Part shown: positions 29,119-38,775 of the stretch, one piece after another
Numbering within the stretch: position 1 is the first letter of the stretch
Layout of the letters: the number at the start of each line of letters is the position of its first letter
Origin: Candidatus Heimdallarchaeota archaeon
GTDB taxonomy: Archaea > Asgardarchaeota > Heimdallarchaeia > JABLTI01
Assembly (NCBI GenBank): GCA_018238155.1
Contig: JABCTZ010000046.1
Span: 32,001 to 96,000, forward strand
Direction of reading: 5' to 3'
Length of the DNA: 64,000 bases
Program-made: the position numbers and the translations under genes
The notes under the pieces: model-generated
What the model was told of the DNA's origin: nothing
Seen by the model: the letters and a program-made list of their open reading frames with translations, nothing else
Database searches by the model: none

Positions 29119-30615
29119 ATGATACGATCCAAAACCCCTAAAGGAGAAGAATTAACAAAAGAAAATCTGGTGGGCAAATCAATTGTTGATTCGGATGGTC
29201 ATATTATTGCCAAATGCGTTAGTTTATTTGAAGATGAAAAAAACAAAATCAGAATGAGAGTCTCAATTTTAACTGAATTAAATAGTGATTTTATTGTAGA
29301 AGAATCCATTCCTCTAAATCTAATAAGTAAAATAGGAGAAGTAATTCTTCTGAAAAAATCATTCAAAATAAAACCAGTAGCAACACGAGATTTAATTCAA
29401 GTGGAAATCCCATCCATAATTGAAACTGAAACAGAAGTTAAACCAGCTACTGAAGAAAAAATAGACTTTAAAATTCAAACTCCAGAAAAGATTCCTGAAA
29501 AATTAAACAAAAAGAAAAATGAATCTAACATAACAAAAGAAAGAAAAATAATACCACAAAAAAGATCTAATAAAAAAACAAAAAGCACTACAAAAGCACA
29601 AGTAAAAAAAATGTATGAAACAATTTTACTAAAAATTTTTGAAACGGCCAATCAAGAAGAAAGAACTGATTTAATTGACTCTCTGATTTTACTCTTCAAA
29701 AAAGAAAAAAACTTTCAAAAGAAGATTCTAACCAATCTCTTGGAATCAAGTAATACACCTGATCAAAATACAAGAATGATTGTTGTAGACGTTCTGGAAA
29801 AAATAGCCGAAGAATTTAGTGAAGAAATAATGACTATTTTTATTCCGAGTCTAAAAGCAACATACAACGAGCCGAATAAATCTTTAGAACAAAAACTTGC
29901 TCAAGTTTTAACTAAACTTGCTTCAAAACATAACTCAGAAATTGTTAATGCAAATTTCCAAAAATTCTGTAAGGATTTACTTGTAAAAAGAAAATTCGGC
30001 AAAAATGTATCACTAAACCGAATCCACAATTTAAATTTAAAAATTTTTGTTAATAATTTTAGCGCACAAGAAATAATCATTGGTACATATATTGCAGAAA
30101 TTATTGCTAATCAAAATGAAGCAATAGAATATGCAGAGTTCTTGAAAGATTTCAATGCAATTATTATCGCTTATTCAATTATTCAAACTATAGAGCAAAA
30201 AAAATGGCCGAAAATAATGAAATGTAAATGCATGACAGAAATACATAACGAAGCTTTTATTGAATCAATAAATTCGATTCTAAATCTATTTCAAGAAGGG
30301 AATATTAAAAAACTAAGTGCCATTTTTGATCCAAAATTAGGAATCAATTTTTCTAACAGGTTATTGAATAAGATGGTAAAAGCAAACGTTGCAACCATTT
30401 TATCAAACGTAACAATAATACCACTGGAAACTTTAAGTGCTGTTTATAATGATGATAACAATCGTATAATACCGATTATTTATGAGCTTATTAATAATCG
30501 TGAAATAAATGCCCAAGTTTCTTTTATTAACAACAAAACTTTCCTCTCTCTTCCTGAAGAAAGCGATTTTGTTTCTTTTAATAAAGTGCAGCCAATCAAA
30601 AGAAAAGAAAAATAA
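29119..30615 (+). CDS. PRC-barrel + Lys-rich linker + HEAT-like helices + C-terminal PCI-like winged helix
   Basis: LVGKSIVDSDGHIIAKC...IPLNLISKIGEVILLK (PRC); DQNTRMIVVDVLEKIA (HEAT); IPLETLS...IIYELINNREINAQV (PCI-like). Confidence 0.6.
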   Translation: MIRSKTPKGEELTKENLVGKSIVDSDGHIIAKCVSLFEDEKNKIRMRVSILTELNSDFIVEESIPLNLISKIGEVILLKKSFKIKPVATRDLIQVEIPSIIETETEVKPATEEKIDFKIQTPEKIPEKLNKKKNESNITKERKIIPQKRSNKKTKSTTKAQVKKMYETILLKIFETANQEERTDLIDSLILLFKKEKNFQKKILTNLLESSNTPDQNTRMIVVDVLEKIAEEFSEEIMTIFIPSLKATYNEPNKSLEQKLAQVLTKLASKHNSEIVNANFQKFCKDLLVKRKFGKNVSLNRIHNLNLKIFVNNFSAQEIIIGTYIAEIIANQNEAIEYAEFLKDFNAIIIAYSIIQTIEQKKWPKIMKCKCMTEIHNEAFIESINSILNLFQEGNIKKLSAIFDPKLGINFSNRLLNKMVKANVATILSNVTIIPLETLSAVYNDDNNRIIPIIYELINNREINAQVSFINNKTFLSLPEESDFVSFNKVQPIKRKEK

Positions 30616-30647
30616 TCACCAAAAATTTTTCTCCTTAATTTTAAGGT

Positions 30648-30884
30648 CTAAATTATTTTTAAAATACTTTGTTGTTTTTTGACTCTCAATGAAGCTGCAA
30701 CCATAGCTAATTGTGTAATTATCATTGATGCATGTTGAATGACCAAATCAGATTGCTGATCTGATTCAGATATTAAATCATTGATTGCATTTTGCAAATT
30801 TCCTTCCATTTCGTCAATTTGTTTTATCTGTTCTATTTCAGAATAATCATTGACTTTATTTGTTTTATTTATCACAATGTTCAC
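30648..30884 (-). CDS. Small helical hypothetical protein
   Basis: 78-aa ORF with GAGGTG near its 5' end; coiled-coil-like composition. Confidence 0.55.
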   Translation of the reverse strand: MNIVINKTNKVNDYSEIEQIKQIDEMEGNLQNAINDLISESDQQSDLVIQHASMIITQLAMVAASLRVKKQQSILKII

Positions 30885-30929
30885 CTCTTATACTCTCAAT
30901 TGTTTTTAGGCAATGAAAGAGTCTAAACT

Positions 30930-30965
30930 ACATATATCTACATACATATTACATATGTCCACATA
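30930..30965. promoter_or_regulatory. Helically phased ACATA direct repeats
   Basis: ACATA at 30930, 30940, (30944), 30951 and 30961, abutting a TTTAAA box. Confidence 0.4.
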
Positions 30966-31081
30966 TTTAAAGGATTGTTTATAACCAAAAATTGAGAGAG
31001 AAAAAAGAAAAGCTTGCAATAAACTTATCAACAAATTGTAAGCAAATAAGCATTTGAGAAAAGAATGTTGGATGTGTCATC

Positions 31082-32344
31082 TTGGGACAAACCGTATTTC
31101 AAAAAATCATTTCCAATGTAACAGGAATAGAAAAACCGGAAGAAGGCTCTATTGTATTTGTAGAACCACACAGGATTTTAACACACGACAATTCTGCCGC
31201 AATTGCAAAGAATTTCAAAGCAATTGGAGCAAAAAAAGTTTGGAATCCTGATAAAATTTTCATTGCTTTAGATCATGCAGTGCCACCACCTGATGAGAAG
31301 AAAGCTCTTAATCATAAAATTATTAGAGAATTTGTTAATGAACAAGGAATCAAACATTTTTATGATTGCGGAGTAGGAATTTGTCATCAAGTGTTGCCAC
31401 AAGAAGGACATGTAATACCAGGGGTAGTTATTTTTGGTTCTGATTCTCATACAACATCACATGGAGCTTTGGGAGCTGCTGGAATACCTATCGGAAGGAC
31501 AGAGGCAGCAAGTATTTGGGCTATTGGTAAAACATGGCTTCGAATACCTGAATCAATAAAAATTAACTTGGATGGTAAATTATCTAAAGATGTTTTTGCA
31601 AAAGATGTTATTTTATCGATTATTGGAAAAATGTATTCCGATGGAGCTAGCTATAAATCTGTTGAATTTCATGGAGAAGGATCTCAAGCATTTTCTATCA
31701 GTGAAAGATTAACGATAAGCAACATGGTAGCAGAAATGGATGGAAAAGCAGGCATTTTTCCAGCGGATAAAGTAACGGATGCTTACCTCAAAGGCAGAGT
31801 AAATGAACCATATAAGAAAATTCAACCAGATGCTGATGCAACATATTATCAAGAAGAAACCTTTGAATTAAGTGAAATCGTTCCTGTTGTTTCCAAACCT
31901 CACAACGTTGACAATGTTTCGCCAATATCAGAAATACCTGAAATAGAAATTGATGTTGGACTTTTAGGAACATGCACAAATGGAAGAATTGATGATCTCA
32001 CTGCTGCAGCAAAAGTTCTCAAAGGTAAGAAAATCAAATATGGAGTACGATTACTAGTTTATCCCGCATCTCAAGCTGTTTTACTTGAAGGAATGAGTAC
32101 CGGAGTTATTCAAACTCTTGTTGAAGCAGGAGGAGAATTAGCAGTTCCCGGTTGTGGTCCTTGTTTAGGTGCTTACGGTGGATGTTTAGCACCTGGAGAA
32201 ACAGCAATATCTTCGGCCAATCGCAACTTCAAAGGACGAATGGGATGTAAGGATGAGACGGGCATCTATTTAGGCAGTCCAGCAACTGTTGCAGCCTCAG
32301 TAATTGCCGGCAAGATAGTTGCACCCCCTAAGGAGGTTTTCTAA
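31082..32344 (+). CDS. leuC: 3-isopropylmalate dehydratase/homoaconitase-family large subunit
   Basis: GICHQV, GSDSHT, GTCTNGR, PGCGPCLG and NRNFKGRMG motifs. Confidence 0.9.
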   Translation: MGQTVFQKIISNVTGIEKPEEGSIVFVEPHRILTHDNSAAIAKNFKAIGAKKVWNPDKIFIALDHAVPPPDEKKALNHKIIREFVNEQGIKHFYDCGVGICHQVLPQEGHVIPGVVIFGSDSHTTSHGALGAAGIPIGRTEAASIWAIGKTWLRIPESIKINLDGKLSKDVFAKDVILSIIGKMYSDGASYKSVEFHGEGSQAFSISERLTISNMVAEMDGKAGIFPADKVTDAYLKGRVNEPYKKIQPDADATYYQEETFELSEIVPVVSKPHNVDNVSPISEIPEIEIDVGLLGTCTNGRIDDLTAAAKVLKGKKIKYGVRLLVYPASQAVLLEGMSTGVIQTLVEAGGELAVPGCGPCLGAYGGCLAPGETAISSANRNFKGRMGCKDETGIYLGSPATVAASVIAGKIVAPPKEVF

Positions 32345-32859
32345 TGAAATTTAAAGGAAGATTGTGGATATTTACAGATAAGAATCTAAATACTGATCAG
32401 ATATTTCCAGGCAAGTATACATATGATCCTCTTACTCTCGAGCAAATGGCAGAGCATGCATTAGAAGATTATTTGCCTAATTTTGCAAAAGAGGTGAAAA
32501 AAGGCGATATTATTATTGGTGGGCAGAATTTCGGTTCTGGTTCCTCTCGAGAACAAGCCGTGAAGTGTTTAAAAGCGGCTGGAATTTCAGCTATTATTGG
32601 AATTTCTTTTGCAAGAATTTATTATCGTAATGCTATCAATGTTGCCTTCCCACTAGTCCAATGCCCAGAAGCGGTTAACTATATCTTTGAAAATCAAGAG
32701 ACTCTTAAAAATGAGGAGCTTACAGTAGATTTAACCAATGGAAAAGTAGCTATTGCCGATAAGTCTTTTTCATTTCCTCCTTTAGACGGAGAAGCACTCA
32801 ATATATTCACTACGGGTGGTTTAATTGAATATACTAAAAAGAAGTTAAGTGAAAAATAA
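32344..32859 (+). CDS. leuD: 3-isopropylmalate dehydratase/homoaconitase-family small subunit
   Basis: NTDQIFP, NFGSGSSREQA and SFARIYYRNAIN motifs; TAATG overlap with the large subunit. Confidence 0.9.
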   Translation: MKFKGRLWIFTDKNLNTDQIFPGKYTYDPLTLEQMAEHALEDYLPNFAKEVKKGDIIIGGQNFGSGSSREQAVKCLKAAGISAIIGISFARIYYRNAINVAFPLVQCPEAVNYIFENQETLKNEELTVDLTNGKVAIADKSFSFPPLDGEALNIFTTGGLIEYTKKKLSEK

Positions 32860-33065
32860 TCCACTTAATTTTCTATCTTTTATTATTATCGCTCTTTTTA
32901 TACGGAAACGTTTACTAGATAATAAGGATACTTTTCTAAGAGATTTTACAGATTATCGAACATCATATATATATTCTATTAATCATATAGAATGGATGGA
33001 TATGAATTTATTGCAATTTAATTGCTAACTATTGAATCTTAGAATTGGAAAGAATGGTTTGATGA

Positions 33066-33431
33066 TTGATGGCTAAAATTATGATTGTTGAAGATATGAT
33101 TGTTATTCAGAAGATGCTTAATGAAATTTTAAGTATAAAAGGTCATCAAGTAATTTTTATTGCGGGAACAGGACAACAAGCGATTGATTATTTTATCAAT
33201 CCAAACAATGAATGTCCAGAGATAGTTATTATGGATCATAGAATGCCCGGTAAAGATGGATTAACTTCTTTCAAAGAAGTTTTAGCAATAAATGAAACGG
33301 TCAAGATAATCTTTGTTAGTGCAGATGAAAGTGTACGTGAGGAAGCTCTAGCCAGTGGAGCTTCTGGATATTTAATCAAACCAATAACAATTAAATCGAT
33401 GTTAAATATAATTGATGATTTAGTAACTTAA
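33066..33431 (+). CDS. Stand-alone response regulator receiver (CheY-like)
   Basis: IMIVED, MDHRMPGKDG, VSA and YLIKP motifs. Confidence 0.9.
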   Translation: MMAKIMIVEDMIVIQKMLNEILSIKGHQVIFIAGTGQQAIDYFINPNNECPEIVIMDHRMPGKDGLTSFKEVLAINETVKIIFVSADESVREEALASGASGYLIKPITIKSMLNIIDDLVT

Positions 33432-33440
33432 TCTTACTTA

Positions 33441-34703
33441 CTAAAATAACACTTCTAATGTAAGATTATTTTCTGAAAAATATCTCAATACTCGAGATAA
33501 TAATTTTGGATTCACATCTTCTATAATGCTGATGATAAGTGAAATCTCACCTTCTGAGGAATTATCTAGAAATTGTTGAACTAATTCTTTGTCAGGTAAA
33601 CTCAATAGAAACAAATCAGAGAGCTGATTGACTCTTTCAATCAAGTGATTTATTTGATCACTAATTAGTTGTATCGCTTTGGAATTTTTTAACCCTAAAA
33701 TAGACTTGGATAATTTTGAGCAGAACTGATTTATTACTCCACCAAAAATTTTCCCTCGAGTAAAATCTATTACAATTTTACTGCTAATTGACAGGTGTTG
33801 AAGAGAGGACATCATATCTTCTGTACAATAATCAAGAACATGATTTGAAGCAGGATATTTTTCCATATCTATTAACTCATAAAAAGTTTCATCCAATATA
33901 CCCAGTACATGGATTATTGTATCTTCAGCAGATTTTGAAAATAATGCTTCTGCATCAGTAATTGGTACAGACCATGGATCACTATAGGTTTCTTTGTGTG
34001 GGAGGAATTCTCTCAGAGTTGCTATAGTTATCATAATTTCTTCTTTTGAACCTACAACTAAAATTCGTTCATTTTTTAGTAGTGCGTGTATAATTCTATC
34101 CATGCAAGTAGGAATTTTTCTAAATAAAAAGTCAAAGTCTGCTTCGTGTTCTATCACATGGGGAACTTCTTCATTACAGGATGAACTAGATACCAAATCA
34201 TTTTCAATTCTTTGCTTAATTAATGCTGTTGATTCAGTTGGATCTCTTGTAGAACTATCCAAAACTTCCATTCGGAGAAGTTTAGACAGACGATGTTTTA
34301 TTTGATCAGGTAGCTGATCCTTTGGATCTCCTTGTGTTAACAGGTCATTTGCAATTTCCTTTACAGATGTAGAGATATTCGGAATGGATTTAAAGAGTGA
34401 CATTTGCTCTGATCGATCAACTAAAGTCACTATCCCTAAAGTCCTTTTTCCACCTCTAGCAGTTTCATCATCTACAAAAAAGAAGGTTGAATAAGCAACA
34501 TAGCCTTCATCTACAAATGGAATAACAGATTCAACAAAATCTTCGTGAATAATACCTGTTTCTGTTGTAAGAGATAATGTACTTAGATGAGATTTCATTG
34601 ATACCTTTTCAGCAAACCTAGTATCCAATCCTTCTGAATATAAGCAACCAGGACCAAATTTATCATCAAATCTAATTAAACAGACGCCACGTTTATTCGA
34701 CAG
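33441..34703 (-). CDS. DENN-domain-like protein (uDENN/longin + cDENN + dDENN)
   Basis: The frame extends 25 codons beyond the track start to CTG 34703, adding RGVCLIRFDDKFGP (uDENN-like). Also DETARGGKRTLGIV and IIHALLKNERILVVG (cDENN-like). Confidence 0.7.
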   Translation of the reverse strand: MSNKRGVCLIRFDDKFGPGCLYSEGLDTRFAEKVSMKSHLSTLSLTTETGIIHEDFVESVIPFVDEGYVAYSTFFFVDDETARGGKRTLGIVTLVDRSEQMSLFKSIPNISTSVKEIANDLLTQGDPKDQLPDQIKHRLSKLLRMEVLDSSTRDPTESTALIKQRIENDLVSSSSCNEEVPHVIEHEADFDFLFRKIPTCMDRIIHALLKNERILVVGSKEEIMITIATLREFLPHKETYSDPWSVPITDAEALFSKSAEDTIIHVLGILDETFYELIDMEKYPASNHVLDYCTEDMMSSLQHLSISSKIVIDFTRGKIFGGVINQFCSKLSKSILGLKNSKAIQLISDQINHLIERVNQLSDLFLLSLPDKELVQQFLDNSSEGEISLIISIIEDVNPKLLSRVLRYFSENNLTLEVLF

Positions 34704-35095
34704 GTTTTGTACCCCACTGAATTAATTTCCTAACTATTTTTATTCGTTTTTTAAATTAAAAAACTTTTAGAAATGAGCAAAAGAAGCAACTTTCATTATC
34801 AAGAAAATAAATTAGCGATTTATTTGAATTCTGAAGACAAAGAGTGTATTATTAACTGGTTATGTGAAAAAGCTTTTCCTATAGAAAAGTCATGGTTATT
34901 AGTAAAGGAAAAAAAGATGACCTTTATTTATTATTGAAATAGTTACGAACAAAAGACTCGCCAAATTCATCTGGTTAGATGTAATTCTTGAAACTTCAAG
35001 AAAATTAGTTAATCAGTCCAATTTTAGAACAGAATTTAAATTTTTTAGAAAGAAAAATAAAAGAGAAATAAAAGCAAATTATTTGCTTCTATTTA

Positions 35096-37561
35096 TTATG
35101 TTTCTGGTAAACCGTCATCCACAACAGCATGAATACTGGTGTGCAATGTGAGCAATATAGTTCCAATCTCGGGACCAATTAATCCATGAGATACGGGTAG
35201 AATTCCAGTGTAAGTTACTAAGACGCCCTTAATACTACCAATTGCTACTTTGAAAGGAGTCATCAGCACCTTGAATGCTGCGACAGGAGTTCCAGGATTA
35301 GCATCTGCGAGTGCAATACCAGAATCGATTTCAGTTTCTGCTGCATTTAATTCAGCATTTGCATTAACTTCATCATCTTGAGAGATATAATATATTGATG
35401 CAAATGTACCATTTACTGCTTTCGTAATGTAATCCATTTCCAAAGCGAATTCTACGGGTTGGAAAGCACTACTAATTGTTTCTGACAGTGCTAGAGCAGC
35501 ATTACTCATGATCGAATAACCCGAGCTATTAGCTTTATCTCCAATTAAAGTTAGTACTGCAGAAGCTTCCGCACCTGCAACAATACCTGCGGTACTATTT
35601 GAAATCGAATAACTCATATTTGCAAATACTTGATCATATTCCATTGTTGGTGAATAGATGTCTTTTGTTGAATTTGTTCCTTCATCATGGAATACATCTA
35701 AAGCTAAAATGATATTTCCAATTGTGCCTCCAATATAACCTTCTTCAGCTATAATTGGTGTGAGCAATGAGAGAGTATCATTTACGAAATCAAAGAATCC
35801 TAAAGCAGACTCAGATTCTTCAACTTCTGCTCTTCTTGTAGAAGTAAATATTGATTTTACAATATCCAATTCTGCAGATGCATTTGTAAGATACGTTTGA
35901 CTTTTGACGAATTGATAACCCAACATCAATCGTACATTTCCTACTAGCATATTGAACATCGCACGAAGTATGTTAGGTGTTGTATCAATTAAATCTAGTA
36001 AGAGCGGGATAAGAACACGATATTCATCTGTTACGTTCATCACCATATCCAAACTATCTGCTACTTGATTCAGTACTTGGGCAATTTGAGCATTTCCTTC
36101 GACATCTCGCATTTCTTCAGGATCAATAGTATTGAGAATTGCATCAGCTGTCACGATATGAGCGAAAACATCATCGAAATACTCATCTAATAAATAATCA
36201 ATATCATTGATTATTCCTTCTACTTGAACTTCTGCTGTAGTTAAATCAGCTTCACTTGGTTTCGCTCCACCAGACATATTGAACATTCCTTGGAATGTAT
36301 CAAAAACTTCCATAAATTCATTATATTGGAAATAAAAACCATCGACTTCTACATCAGAATTATTTGAATTATCAAAGAAGCCATGTCCTAATGGACCAAG
36401 AGCTTGTAAAAGTTCAAATCCGGCAAATATCGTTGCGTTGAAAATGTCAACCACAAATCCATATTGCATTGAAGCAGCTTTCAATAGACGCAAAAATTGT
36501 AAGCGATTTAATCCACGGTAGTTATCATGAGCAATATTGAACCAATAACCTGCGCGATCCAATTGTGCTAATATTGCTTCTGTATCAAGTCCTTCAATAG
36601 AAGAAGAATTACCTTGTACAAATGGCATTGCTATTTCTGCGATATTTGCAGCACCAGCTGCTAGTGAACCACCGATTTGTAATCCACTTGATGTACACAA
36701 GAGTAGCCACGGTATTACTACAAGATTAAGTATAATAGCTATTGCTTGAAATGGTAATAAACACCAGGTCATAAAATTCTTTGCTTTTTTAGTGAGTAAA
36801 TTGGAAAGTAACCAAGAACTTGCAATTACTACTGAAAGCATCATTCCAAACATTATCAATAAATCAAATACCCAAACAAAAGTTGCGTAAACGGCATATT
36901 GCTCGTACATATCAACAAATGTTTGATCTATTGGAATAAAGCTAAATCCAAAAACATCTTCTAACCCCATAGAAATTAATCCTAGTGCATTTAGGAAAAT
37001 CAAGTATGGAGAAAAGAACAAAGTAGGATTTTGTCCTCCTGCGTAAAAGACAATTAATGGTATAAAGAATTGTAAACCAAAAATCAACATTCCACCAAGA
37101 ATACCTTTACCAACCTTTCTAACAAATAAGCCGGGTAAAGTACAACAAATCAATAACAGAACGATTTCAACATAAGCCAACCCAGGATGACTTGATGTAC
37201 CAATAAAGTTGAATATTAACATTACAACGGCTGAAACACCGATTGCAATAAGAACACCAATCCAAAACCATGGACGTTCTTCTTTTGGAGGTCCTCTGCC
37301 TGGAGGTCCATCAACTTGATAATCTTGGTAATAACTGTCACCATAATATTCTTCTTGAGGTGCTTTTACTTCTTGTTGACCTATTTGATATGGATCTTGT
37401 GATTGATAATTATCAGATTGATACGGTTCACTTCCGTATGGGTCTGGTTGTTTCTCTGGAGGAATTTCACTGCCCCAAGAATATTCTTCTTGCTTCTTTG
37501 GGGGGTCTTCATCATCTTCCTCATTATTAAGGATATCAATGTAATAATCTTCTTCTGACAT
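35096..37561 (-). CDS. Multi-pass membrane protein with an acidic Tyr/Gln/Pro-rich N-terminus and a large helical C-terminal domain
   Basis: About 95-aa low-complexity N-terminus, about six TM segments, about 500-aa acidic alpha-helical region. Confidence 0.7.
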   Translation of the reverse strand: MSEEDYYIDILNNEEDDEDPPKKQEEYSWGSEIPPEKQPDPYGSEPYQSDNYQSQDPYQIGQQEVKAPQEEYYGDSYYQDYQVDGPPGRGPPKEERPWFWIGVLIAIGVSAVVMLIFNFIGTSSHPGLAYVEIVLLLICCTLPGLFVRKVGKGILGGMLIFGLQFFIPLIVFYAGGQNPTLFFSPYLIFLNALGLISMGLEDVFGFSFIPIDQTFVDMYEQYAVYATFVWVFDLLIMFGMMLSVVIASSWLLSNLLTKKAKNFMTWCLLPFQAIAIILNLVVIPWLLLCTSSGLQIGGSLAAGAANIAEIAMPFVQGNSSSIEGLDTEAILAQLDRAGYWFNIAHDNYRGLNRLQFLRLLKAASMQYGFVVDIFNATIFAGFELLQALGPLGHGFFDNSNNSDVEVDGFYFQYNEFMEVFDTFQGMFNMSGGAKPSEADLTTAEVQVEGIINDIDYLLDEYFDDVFAHIVTADAILNTIDPEEMRDVEGNAQIAQVLNQVADSLDMVMNVTDEYRVLIPLLLDLIDTTPNILRAMFNMLVGNVRLMLGYQFVKSQTYLTNASAELDIVKSIFTSTRRAEVEESESALGFFDFVNDTLSLLTPIIAEEGYIGGTIGNIILALDVFHDEGTNSTKDIYSPTMEYDQVFANMSYSISNSTAGIVAGAEASAVLTLIGDKANSSGYSIMSNAALALSETISSAFQPVEFALEMDYITKAVNGTFASIYYISQDDEVNANAELNAAETEIDSGIALADANPGTPVAAFKVLMTPFKVAIGSIKGVLVTYTGILPVSHGLIGPEIGTILLTLHTSIHAVVDDGLPET

Positions 37562-37841
37562 AGAGGCGCCAACCTTTTATAAAATCTATATTATTTTAAC
37601 TTATTCTGTGATAAAAACGTTTCAATTATGGCAAACTGAAACGAAGCTAACTAAATATAATAGAATACCTTCTTATTCAAAAAGCATTCTAATTGAGCAA
37701 CAAAATTATTTTCCATTCCAAAATAAATATGAATATTGACTTTATTTTACGAAAATAATAATATTGAATACTTTCACAAACCTAAAGGATTATAAAATAA
37801 TATTTCAAATCAAATAGTAGGAATGCAAAGGAAGACTGTAA

Positions 37842-38759
37842 ATGTCAGACAGAATAGCATATGATAATACTTCTCGGAATAAATATATGAAAGGCATGAT
37901 AATTCAACCTTTGTCATTCAAAATTGGAGCAAATATAACAAAAGCAATTTTACTCGAATCTATTTGTACACCTAAACCAGGTTTAGTAGACAGAAACAAT
38001 TCTGGTGCGCATAAAGATATGAATATTAGCACTTTCATGGTAAGCTCTGCTACAATATCACATTTTATGGTTCTTGCAGCTCAGATAGCTATTGATCATC
38101 GAGGTGAACTAAATGATCTTTTACCAAAATTACGCTCTATTGGTTTATCTGCAGAAGAAGAGATGTTTTTATCAACAAAGAACATCAATACCCAAAAAGG
38201 GTTGATTTTTTGTGGAGTACTAATTGCTGCTGCAGCAGGGTACCTTGCAACGCGTGAAACGGGTTCATTAAAGATTAATAGAATTCTTTCTGTTGTCCAA
38301 GAAATTACAAAAGGCATTGTTGAACGAGAGTTAATACGTATGCCAAAAGATGAGAAAAAAATCACTTCTGGTGAGTGGATTTTTCTTGACGTTGGAATTA
38401 CAGGCATTAGAGGAGAAGCAGAAAAAGGTTTTCCAAATGCTGAGGCAGCATTTCAAATAATAAAGAAAGCACTTGAATCTGGAGTAGAGATTGAACGAGG
38501 GATGATCATGGCACTCCTCTTTTTAATGACTCGAGTAGATGATACAAATATTTTATCTCGGCATGGATCCGAAGTTCTTACTTGGGTTCGACAAGAAGCA
38601 AATAATTTGGTACTTAGTGAAGATGCTTATTCTGATGAGTGGCTCGAGAGAGTTAGAGATTTAGATACTAAATTTATCAATCAAAATATCAGTCCTGGTG
38701 GTTGTGCTGATCTTTTAGCAGTCGCTTTAATGTTATATTACTTGACAGATGTTCAGTAA
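37842..38759 (+). CDS. citG: Triphosphoribosyl-dephospho-CoA synthase
   Basis: TPKPGLVDRNNSGAHKDM, NTQKGLIF, GIRGEA, DTNILSR and SPGGCADLLA motifs. Confidence 0.92.
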   Translation: MSDRIAYDNTSRNKYMKGMIIQPLSFKIGANITKAILLESICTPKPGLVDRNNSGAHKDMNISTFMVSSATISHFMVLAAQIAIDHRGELNDLLPKLRSIGLSAEEEMFLSTKNINTQKGLIFCGVLIAAAAGYLATRETGSLKINRILSVVQEITKGIVERELIRMPKDEKKITSGEWIFLDVGITGIRGEAEKGFPNAEAAFQIIKKALESGVEIERGMIMALLFLMTRVDDTNILSRHGSEVLTWVRQEANNLVLSEDAYSDEWLERVRDLDTKFINQNISPGGCADLLAVALMLYYLTDVQ

Positions 38760-38775
38760 AAAAAAAGGTTTTTTT

